Assembly: GCA_030704615.1 (NCBI GenBank) | Contig: CM060732.1 | Location: forward strand, 73,408,001-73,472,000 | Source: Takakia lepidozioides | Lineage: Eukaryota > Plantae > Bryophyta | Reading direction: 5' to 3' | DNA length: 64,000 nucleotides | Part shown: in pieces, positions 1-9,985 of the stretch | Numbering within the stretch: the stretch's first letter is position 1 | Layout: every line of letters begins with the position of its first letter | Notes under the pieces: model-generated | The model's database searches: none | What the model was told of the DNA's origin: nothing | The model's input: the letters and a program-made list of their open reading frames with translations, nothing else | Made by a program: the position numbers and the translations under genes

Positions 1-2450
1 TCTCCTAGGTGTCCCTTCTGCAAGCCATACTTGCGCAAACCCCTCTTCACCATCTAAACAACTCTCTCTGCCAAGCCATCGGCCTCAGGATGATCTCAAG
101 AAGTGGTACGGTGGTCTATCAAAACTTTATCACACAAAGCCTGAAACTTCCCCAAGAACTCTCTCCCTTGGTCCGTGAGCACCTCAGCTGGAGCACCGAA
201 TCGGCTAAGCACACGATCCAAGAATGCATATGCAGCCCCCTCGCTAGCCTTGTCAGGCAATGGAACCAACCCAATCCACTTAGAGAAGTGTTCCACCATC
301 ACCAACACATATATGTGGTGGCGCATAGTTAGTGGCAAAGGTCATGCGAAGTCAAGACTCCACATGTAGTCCAATCCCATGATCGGAAGAGGATGCAACT
401 GGGGTGTAGGGGCGTTGAATGAAGCACGCACCTTGTTACACACCATGTACCAAGCCACGAACCGTTGCACCTCTGTGTGCATACCACGCCACCAATACTG
501 CCCTTGCAGTAGACTGTGAATGCGTCGCACTCCAAACTGCCCCAACTCCTCATGGGCATGCCGCACTAACCGTGCACGCTGTGTTGGGTGAGGCACGATC
601 CTCACCCGACCATCCTCCCACACTCGAAGCAGGTGTATCCCCTCCTACTTGAACCTCTTGGCTCGTTGCAGGATCCGATCCCTCTCCCTAGCAGTCACAG
701 TGGCTGTCGTGTCTCCCGTGCGGAGGTAGTCCAACACAGCCGAATCCTCATATATATCTCTAGTACCACCTGGCTCATCACTAGCCTCAGGGTCCTCAGA
801 CACTCCGTCTACAGTCATCCCTGTTGTAGGTCCAACCTGACCTCCCGATGCCAAGATACACAAAAATGGAGATGCGTGCCATCCCGACACCATCTCCTCG
901 TCCGTCTCACCATGCCACTGAGCTCATGTGTCATCCTGCTGGCTCGTGCATGGATTGCGACTCAATCCATCCGCATCTCGATTGACCAAACTCGGTCGAT
1001 GCACAACCTGAAAGTCATACTCCTTGAGTATGAGTGCCCATCGTGCAAGCTTTCCCGTAAGCTTGTCTGATTCCATCAACCACTTGAGTGGCTGGTGATC
1101 CGTGACAAGGGTAAAGAGATTTCCGTAAAGATAGCACGTGAAATGTGCCACGACCCACACTGCAACGAAGCACTCTCCTTCATATGAGCTATACTTAGCC
1201 TCTGCAGCGTTGTTCGAGCGGCTAGCATAAGCCACTACGAACTCTCTTCCCTCATCATCCACCTGTGTGAGCACCGCTCCAAGCCCCAATATGCTCCAAT
1301 CTGTATGCACCTGAAAGGGACGCCCCCTGATAGGTCGTCTCAGGATAGGCGCCGAAGACAACCTCGCCTTGAGCTCTTGAAAAGTTTATTCCTGCTCATC
1401 TTCCCACTGCCACTCCTGGTCCACCTTGGTCAGCTTGGTTAGAGCCTTTGCAATGGTACTAAATCCCTTGACAAACCGTCTATAATAATTTGCCAACCCC
1501 ATGAAAGCTCGAACTCGACTCACATCCGTGGGGCGTGGAATTTGTGCAATGGCCTCTACCTTAGTCTGTTGTACCCCCAATCCTCCAGGATATATCATGT
1601 GACCCAGATACTCAATCTGGTTGTGGAAAAACTTGCACTTCCCCGGATGCAACTTCAATCCGTGTGCTCTCAAGCGCTCCAATACCACCTGCAGGTGTCT
1701 CTCATGCTCCTCCACTGTAGCGCTAAAGATGATGATGTCATCTATGTAGCACCGAGCAAAGTCCACCCCTGCTAGAATCCTATCCATGACTCTCTGAAAC
1801 TCTGCAGGAGCGTTCTTAAGCCCAAATGGTAAGAACCGCCACTGATATAGGCAATCTTTGCCGTGCTCATTGATCCCCCAGAATGTCGTCTTCTGCTTAT
1901 CCGCCTCCTTGATCGGCAACTGGTGATATCCGGATCGTAAATCCAAAGTGCTAAAGATCTTAGCATGCCCTATGGCATCAAAGATCTCCTCTGGTGTTGG
2001 CATGGCATACTTATCGGACTTGGTCTGACGATTTATAGGCCAGTAATCACCGCACATACGTCTCTCCGTCCAATTGCCATAGACATCCTTCTTGGCTGAC
2101 ATCACCGTGGCTGAAGCATACTCTCCACCAGAGAGCTCCACCAAACCTGCCTCCCATAGATCTTGAGTCCTCATCTGAATCAAAGACCTCTCCATGTCAC
2201 TGTATCTATAGGGTCTCCGAAAGATTGGCGTGTCAGTGGTCAACTCAATACGAATCTCCTGACCCTTCAGTGCTCCCAAGTCCTTGCAAAGCAATTCTTG
2301 TAAGCCCTCAGGAACCGCCGTATACGCTGTCTCTCTCCTCCGGTGACCAATGTCAGGCTCCCAATTGTCCTCCGTAACTGCAACCTTAAGTCCAATGGGC
2401 TTAGAGGTAGAGGACGCGTCCAGGTTGCTATGTTGCAACCTCTTGAGCTC
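1..2450 (-). mobile_element. Ty3/Gypsy LTR retrotransposon pol remnant (RT-RNaseH-integrase), frameshifted
   Basis: Successive minus ORFs: RT (STLDLRSGYHQ, LPFGLKNAP, YIDDIIIF; 1386-2477), RNase H (VHTDWS..GLGAVL, AYASR, TDHQPLKWL, NRDADGLSR; 924-1361), integrase zinc finger (HEELG..YWW; 342-623) and core (SLDFA, EHFSKW, LTDQGREF; 96-338). RT-RH-INT order is Gypsy. Confidence 0.95.
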
Positions 2451-2689
2451 CGGGGAGAGTCTCCGTACCACCTCCACCGATTGAAGTTAATCAGGAAATT
2501 GAGTATGAAGTTGACGAAGTCCTAGATTCTCACATCAAGTATAGACGTCTTGAGTATTTCGTACATTGGAAAGACTACGACATCAGGGAACGAATATGGA
2601 AACCTTCATCCAACCTCGCCAATGCATTTGACAAAGTCCAAGAGTTTCATCAACGATATCCAGCTAAGCCCCGAGCTTCACGTCAATAA
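2451..2689 (+). mobile_element. Chromovirus integrase C-terminus with chromodomain (second element, opposite orientation)
   Basis: Manual translation GRVSVPPPPIEVNQEIEYEVDEVLDSHIKYRRLEYFVHWKDYDIRERIWKPSSNLANAFDKVQEFHQRYPAKP..* matches the group I chromodomain of Tcn1/Tf1-like chromoviruses. Missing from the ORF track. Confidence 0.9.
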
Positions 2690-2705
2690 GACGTCATAAT
2701 GATGA

Positions 2706-2919
2706 TGTCAGACAAGTTAGCTTCAAGGTGAAGACTCCACATTCACTATACTTGATACATGCTAAGGAGGGAGGAGCACCACACATCAGTATATATAGCT
2801 ACACTTCCAGCACTCTTGCATCTTGTATTGGCAGTATGGAGTCACAGGAACCAGATACATTGGAGTTGTTGCTTACCCAACTACCAGATCAGCCGTTCCG
2901 ACTCTCACGACCTTCAACA
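2706..2919 (+). repeat. Putative LTR remnant of the chromovirus
   Basis: Starts TGTCA after a 'tgatgtca' context also seen at 9013-9020, contains CAGTATATATAG (also at ~9335), ends ..AACA. Follows the chromodomain stop codon. Confidence 0.55.
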
Positions 2920-3477
2920 TCACGCCGACGCTCTCGAGACGATGGGCCACCAATGTGACGCGTATTTCCTCGTCTGGACCCCGTACGACGGCAAGTGAAG
3001 CATACTCGAAGTCTGATAATTCTGTTGGAGGTTGAGGCTTCGGCCTGGGGGGTGCACTCCGGCCAGTATGTACCAGCCACGTGCGTGCACAGGAGGGGGT
3101 ATTTAAACCCCCCCCCATGTACAACATTATACATACATGGGGGGGTTTAAAACACCTTAAATATAATATTACAAGAGGGGGTTGTTAAGTTTTAAATGGT
3201 AGTCTAGTGGTAGGGACGTTATTTAGGTTGTGATACACCGCGGGATCAAATCACGGGATCATTCTTTTTGTTTTTTTTTTTTTTTTTTTCTTTCTCCCCG
3301 CGATCTTTCTCCCCTTCCCTCCCGCGGGCACTCTTCTTCCTCCCCTCCTCTCCTCGCCTCTCCTCTCCCCTCCTCTCCCGCGTTCTTGGGAGAGTCAGCT
3401 TGGTCTTAGCAGGTCGTTTCAATCTTTGCCTGCTCAGCTGCACCGTGGTGGTTCTCAAAGACCAATCCGACATTACT

Positions 3478-6300
3478 TGACTACAGACACCAGCAGCACA
3501 TAGAAGAGAGGTCTTTTTGGGTTGATGGGAGGTCAAATCCTCCATGGGTCATGACACAATGTCAAGGACAACGTGGTGAGGGAACCTTCTTCTTCGACGT
3601 ATTTCAGCTTGTGTTTTGCCCTCTCATCAGACTCGGCCCTGAATTTGCAGCACGGAGCAGATCCTTCACGATTGTGGGACAACTGCAATCGCAAAGTGTG
3701 GCGTTTTCTTAAGGTACGATGTGAAGAAGTTTGTCCATCCTGCAAATGCGGGCTCTTGCCTCCTGTTAGTACCCTGATTTAGTATTCTTCCTAATGTTTA
3801 CAAGGTTCTTGGGAGAGTCAGCTTGGTCTTAGCAGGCCGTGTTTCAATCTCTGCCTACTCAGCTGCACCGTGGTGGTTCTCACAGACCAATCCGACTTGC
3901 AATCTTCTGTCTAGAATTGCAGACCTATGTACAAGAGCAGGACACTGGATCAATATGTGTGGTCACATCCAAGTTAGGAGTCTTTGAGGTATAGAATTCA
4001 GACTAAGAATCTGATTTCCTTGCTTTCTGATTTGTGTCTATGTGTTCTTGAACATGCTCAACTTGCCAGCTCCCAGCCAAACCATTAGCACAAATGCCAA
4101 GCCTCCATTTCCAGCCTTGCTTCAGACGCCGACCACAGTCAAGAGCGAAGGAGCAACTTCCCAGCCACTGGCAAGCACCCCCCAGGTATCTGACGGCATT
4201 ACATAGAACCCCAATAGCAGCACCATGTTCAAAAGTGCTCTCTCCTTCTCCGATAAATACCAGAGAATGGATTCCTCTTAGTTAAACACCTGACCTTTTC
4301 TTCCATGTGCTTTTCAATTTGCAGGTAAACAAGAAAGTTGGAAGACCTCCAGAATCGCGCGCCATTGGTGATTGGCTGGCTGTAAGTCTAACTTCATGAA
4401 TTTCTTGTTATTCTCACATTCATGACCTGTACACATACCTAGAATAAGCATCTTGACGCCTAAGCAATCTATTATTCACCGTGCACTCTAGGGCAATCTG
4501 GAAGCAATGTCTGCAAATTGGACAATTGTGTACAGAGTCAGGTCTGCTGGTTTGCCTTATATTCGAGAGTACGAGTTCCGATTGTGTTGTACATGTACCA
4601 CATGTGCAGAAGACACTGAATTTACCCCTGGATGCGCTGGTCCGTGGAGTGGAGAAGGAAGGCAATGACAACGAGCAGCTGGTCAGGCAGGTCGACAGTC
4701 TTGGGAGTATTATGGCATGGCCGACCTTGTTGTCGCCCCTGCACTTAAACCGCAGAAAGAGCACTGAGTCCGTCACATCCGTAGACTCTTCATAAACTTT
4801 TTTTCTGCATGAATGCTCGTTCACATGACTTCTACAAGCAGACTCTCTAGGATTTGACAATGTTGCATGTGGTCACACTCGCCAGAAATCAGGCTTTGAA
4901 TGAGGGAGGTTTGCCATTAGGTTGGGCTTGGTATTTTGGTCATTGTCATAGCCCGGGTTGGACTGTTTAGGGGAAGTATGACTACAAGACACAAGCAGCA
5001 CACACAAGAGGTCCTTTTGGGTTGATGGTCGGTCAAATCCTCCATGGGTCATGACACAAGGTCAAGGACAAGCTCCAGATTTCAAGCTCCAGATTACCTA
5101 TGATTTCCTGTGGAAGGATAGATACAAGAAACCTGCATGGGTAGATAATCAACTTGAAGCCGTAGCAGCAGCAGCACAATTGATAAAATCAGGCACTGCT
5201 GATGAAGGCACCTTCTTCAACACACCTGTTTTCTCATCCTATCAGAATCGGCCCTAAATTTTCATGTTGAATTTTGCAAGTTTGTTGGTTGAGTGAATCT
5301 AGGATAGTTTGGAATGACTTTGACATGATACTGCCAATGTGACAACAGGAAAGTATCCAGAAACATGTAACAGAGACAAGGAGAAGCTGTGGAATGAATA
5401 TTTTTCTGACCCCAGACAATGGTGGGACAACCGAGGCAAAAAGGTGAATGCCTATCAGATTACCAGATGTCATTCTGAACACTGCCCCTACCCTGGTGGA
5501 CATGTATGCCAAATGTGGGTGCATCGAGGATGCCAAGGGATCAGTGTTCAACTCTATGGCTGAACGAGATGTGGTGTCGTGGAGTGCGATGCTTGCAGGG
5601 TATGCACAACAGGGGTGCGGGATGGAGGCTCCAACCTTTGAGCAAATGATGGGGGAAGGGGTGAAGGCCGCTGACATAACGTTTGTGTGCGTATGGCAGC
5701 CCTGGAAAAGGGCAAAGAGATCCCTGGTGACATCATCAAATCTGCAATTGTACCAGATGTCATCCTGAACATTGCTCTGGTGGCCATGTATGCCAAATGT
5801 GGGAGCATTGAGGATGCCAAGGGAGTGTTCAACACTATGGCTGAATGAGATGTGGTGTCGTGGAACACGATGCTTGCAGGGTGTGCAGAGCAAGAGCGTG
5901 AGATGGGGCTTTGGAGACCTGAAAGCAGATGATGGGGGAAGGGGTGAAGCTCGACCACATCATATTTGTGTGCGTTTGCAGTGCGTGTGCAAGCCTGTAG
6001 CCCTGGAAAAGGGCAAAGAGGTGCATGGTTGCATCACCAAAGCTGGAATTGTACCGGATGTGATTATGAACAATACCCTTGTGGACATGTATGCCATTGT
6101 GGGAGCATTGAGGATGCGGAGGGAGTGTTCAACACTATGGTTGAACGAGGTGGTGTCGTGGAACACGATTCATCCAAGAGGTCGATTTTAAACACAAGAT
6201 TACTTCTGATTCCCTGCGGATCAATAGCTACAAGAAAGTAGATGGTCAACTAAAGGCAGCAGCTGCAGCGGCACAGTTGATAAAATCAGGCACCTCAACC
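3478..6300 (+). pseudogene. Fragments of OSB-type PDF motifs (organellar ssDNA-binding motif), several diverged copies
   Basis: LWNEYFSDPRQWWDNRGKKVN (~5349-5452); PDFKLQITYDFLWKDRYKKPAWVDNQL (~5075-5156); DFKHKITSDSLRINSYKK..VDGQL (6184-6252); frameshifted DY.HK...LWVDGRSNPPWV (~3478-3550 and ~4980-5050). These match the W..FF..P..WWDNR..K..P..PDFKHK.T...LW....P.WV consensus. Confidence 0.8.
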
Positions 6301-8072
6301 ATGACCACAGCTTCTGAAAGAGAATCAAGAGAGGGAGTCCACAATGCCTCTTCTGGCACTTCTGGGCATGTGAAGATACTTTGTGCGACAGCCTGACAGA
6401 GGCTCTACAGACTCTAAACCAAGGAGGCAGTTCAGCAGATTCAGATATGTATGTCTGTCTCTTGCTTAAGTGCATCAAGATGGAAGGTCTCGAAGCTGGC
6501 AAACAGGTGCACACTCACATTATCCAAAGTGGATTCACGCCAAATGTTTTTCTACTCAACACCCTTGTCAACCTGTATGTTAAGTGCCGGAACATCAGGG
6601 ATGCTCACCAAGTGTTCAACAAAATGCCTCAATGATCTTTGATCACGTGGAATATTATGTTGAAAGGATTTACCAAGCATAGGTGTGGTAGGAACGTTTT
6701 GGAGACATATGAGCAAATGATGTGCGAAGCGGTGAAGCCCAACCACATTTGTTTGTGTTTGCAATGGGTGTGAAAGCTTGGGAGCAAGCTGGAATTGTAC
6801 CAAATGTCATCTTGAACACTACCCTTGTGGACATGTTTGCCAAATGTGGGTGCGTTAAGGATGTGAGGGGAGTTTTCAACACTCTGGCTGAACGAGATGT
6901 GGTGTCGTGGAATGTGATGCTTGCAGGGTATGCACAACAGGGGCACGGGATGGAGGCTTTGGAGACCTATGAGCAAATGATGGGGGGCGGGGTGAAGCCT
7001 AACCACATCACAAGGCATTTCACCAGATTCAGATATGTATGTCTGTCTCTTGCTTAAGTGCATCAAGATGGAAGGTCTGGAAGCTGGAAAATAGGTGCAT
7101 ACTCACACCATCCAAAGTGGATTCACGCCAAATGTTTTTCTACTCAACACCCTTGTCAATATGTATGCTATGTGTGGGAGCATCATTGATGCTCATCAAG
7201 TGTTCAACAGAATGCCTCAACGATCTTTGATCACGTGGAATATAATGTTGGCAGGATGCAGTGCGTGTGCAAGCCTGGGAGCTCTGGAAAAGGGGAAAGA
7301 GGTCCATGGTGACATTGTCAAAGCTGGAATTGTACCAGATGTCATTCTGAACACTCCCCTGGTGGACATGTATGCCAAATGTGGGTGCATTAAGGATGCA
7401 AAGGGAGTTTCCATGGCTGAACGAGATGTGGTGTCGTGGAGTGCGATGCTTGCAGGGTATGCACAGCAGGGACGTGATATAGAGGCTTTGGAGACCTATG
7501 ATCAAATGATGGGGGAAGGGGTGAAGCCCGACCACATCACGTTTGTGTACATTTGCAATGCGTGTGCAATCCTGTCAGCTCTGGAAAAGGGCAAAGAGGT
7601 CCATGGCGACATTGTCAGATCTGCAATTGTATCAAATGTGATTCTGAACAATACCCTCGTGGACATGTATGAAGGGAGTGTTCGACGGTATGGCTGAACG
7701 AGATGTGCTGTCGTGGAGTGCGATGATTGCAGGATATGCACAGCAAGGGCGCTGGATGGAGGCTTTGGAGACCTATGAGCAAATGATGTGCGAAGGGGTG
7801 AAGCCCGCGCTTTGCATTGCATGATGTTGAGGAAGAGCTTAAAGAATCGTCTCTTTGCCAACACAATGAGAAGCTGGCCATTGTTTTTGGGCTTATCAAC
7901 ATACCCTCTGGGATGTCTGTGGGGATCATCAAAGAATCTTCGGATGTGTGGTGATTGCCACACAGCCACCAAATTCATCTCAAAGATAGCTAAGCAAGAG
8001 ATTGTTGTACGGGATGCAAACCATTTTCACCACTTCCAAAATGATGTTTGTTCTTGTGGGGAGTATTGGTGA
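5453..8072 (+). pseudogene. PLS-class PPR-DYW (RNA editing factor-type) pseudogene, scrambled and duplicated
   Basis: Repeated P/L/S motifs (LVDMYAKCG.I.DA..VF..M.ERDVVSW.AMLAGYAQQG; GVKPDHITFV..CNAC..L.ALEKGKEVH). DYW domain HNEKLAI..[+1 frameshift]..[29 protein letters not shown] ends at 8072. Many frameshifts and stops; E1/E2 and PG box absent. Confidence 0.92.
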
Positions 8073-8773
8073 AATGAAATGATTGTCACCTAATTGAATG
8101 TATTAAACTCTGTCAGCTGCGAGTCAGGTTGGACTCCAACAGTGGCAGCAAAGGCGCACGAAATCTCTTTTTGGAGAGGAATTCTCAACAGTAGGTTTTG
8201 AACATAATTGGACCTTGCGAAGGTTGAAACTGTAGAAGTTCAGAAACTGTCCTAGTTGATGAACAGAGGTGCAGTGACTAGGTCTTAATGGTCTTCAAGA
8301 GGGTCACTCTCTGATGAAAATACCCAGGACTATATATCAGAAAATGGAAACTTTCTTCAGGCCTCTTGCACATCGGGCATTGACAATGTCCTTTTCATCT
8401 CTGCATCTGATTATTGTTCAAAGTGAGATTCCACAACAAGTTTTATTGAGGGCAAACAGATTTTTTTAATTAATTAATTAGATTTTATTCTATTTTTAAA
8501 TAAATAAACTTGATATAATATAAAAACATACATATACATATTTGAGGGTATTTTTTAATTATTGAAAATAGAAATATACATACAGAAGGGGGTACTTTTT
8601 AAAAATTATATATTTCTATATATTTACAGGAGGGGGTTTTATAATCTTCAAAATATATGTACAGAGGGGGTATAAATGATCCAATGACCCGTATATAGGG
8701 GGTTTTTTTTATTAGGCGGCGAACGCACGTGATACGGACAAGTTATAAAGAGTGCACCCCCCAGGGGCTTCGG

Positions 8774-9400
8774 ACCCAGAGGGCAACGAAATCATGTTTG
8801 AAGGCAGCTTCGAAAATCAGAATGCTCAAATCACTGCGTGGTCCTAAGTTCAAGGTGTTGGACACTATGCAGGGACCTATAAATCATTTGAGTCAAGAAT
8901 GAAGAGCCGAAATACTTGGCAAGTACCATTCGCCGGATTTTGGATTTTCTCCAACTCTAAGCAAGTCCAAGATTTTACCGGTCCTCGACGAACTCGACGT
9001 TAGAGGAGGGGGTGATGTCACGGACATAGCCCAGATGAACTTACTAGGAGTAAATACCAGAAGTTACTAAGTTACCATGTTATCGGTAGTTGCCATGATC
9101 TACCATGATCTACCATGATTTATCATTACTTACCAAGTTACCAGAAGTTTACCAAATTACCAAGAGTAACTTTGGAAACTGCTCAGGAAGCTTCATTTGG
9201 AAGAAAGTTCTCCATCAAGATACCTCCTTTTGTTTAAGGAAGCTTCTCTATCGAGAAACCTTTGTTTAATCTTGGAAACTTCTTCAGCAAGAAACCTCCA
9301 TAGGGGAAGCTTCTTAGGGAAGCTTTTTAGTAGCCAGTATATATAGGAGACGAGACTGGACACTTTTCACTAAATTCACTTCTAACAACCTAATTAAGGC
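8774..9400 (+). mobile_element. Continuation of the host LTR retroelement: internal remnant, PPT and 3' LTR start
   Basis: Reading frame EVEASDPEGNEIMFEGSFENQNAQ is continuous across the insertion once one TSD is removed. Polypurine tract AGAGGAGGGGG (9002-9012) is followed by TGA-TGTCA (LTR start 9016), with a TATA-like CAGTATATATAG at ~9335. Confidence 0.65.
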
Positions 9401-9468
9401 TTTAAGTCTTCAAACATAATCTAATGATCTAATGAAAGCTTCAAGTCTTCAAACACAATATAAAAAAA

Positions 9469-9985
9469 CCTCGTGTATTAAAATCCCTTATCCAAGACTA
9501 TACCAAATGCAAACATTAGGTTTTCAACCCTAAATCCTAAACTAAAAATTCTCAAAATTGACTTAGTATACAATCATAGTAGAATCCTAGAATAATGTTG
9601 ATGAAATATCTTTTGTATCTATCCACAAATGTACTTAAAAACATAAGAGATTCAAAACAAAGAGGAGAAAGTTGCCCAATGTTTTTTTAGTTTGTCTTTG
9701 GTGAAGTTTTCGCTTTACAAGTTGCTTGATTGCTTTATGTTTCTTCTTCCTTCTTAATGAAATGGAAATAAACCTAAAAATACCTCGTGCATTAAAATCC
9801 ACTATCCAAGACTATACCCAAGGCGAACATTAGGTTTTAAACCCTAAACCCTAAACTAAAACTTGAGAAATTTGACTTAATATACAATCCTAGTGGAATC
9901 ATAGAATAATGTTGATAAACTATCTTTTGTAGCTATTCACAAATGTACTTCAAACATGAAGAGACCCAAAGCAAAGAGGATAATA
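9469..9985. repeat. Diverged direct duplication (~200 bp, period ~315 bp) with telomere-like motif
   Basis: cctcgtg.attaaaatcc..tatccaagactatacc..acattaggtttt.aaccctaaa.cctaaactaaaa.. at ~9469 and ~9784. Confidence 0.8.

Larger units (their letters stand above)
3044..8765. mobile_element. Non-autonomous TIR DNA transposon (Pack-type) with 8-bp TSD, carrying PDF/PPR/DYW gene fragments
   Basis: Perfect 16-bp TIR CCTGGGGGGTGCACTC (3044-3059) / GAGTGCACCCCCCAGG (8750-8765). Second inverted motif CACGTGCGT (3078-3086) / ACGCACGTG (8723-8731), 34 bp in from each end. TSD GGCTTCGG at 3036-3043 and 8766-8773. TACA..GGGGGT-like subterminal repeats at both ends. No transposase seen. Confidence 0.9.

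Noticed and set aside
3198-3260. tRNA gene (A/B-box-like sequence; another at ~47553-47617, minus)
   Set aside because: No cloverleaf or acceptor stem can be formed, and both lie inside DNA transposons.
3592-3632. Second hammerhead candidate on the minus strand (CTGATGA...GAAA)
   Set aside because: Stem II cannot pair and stem I is unsupported.
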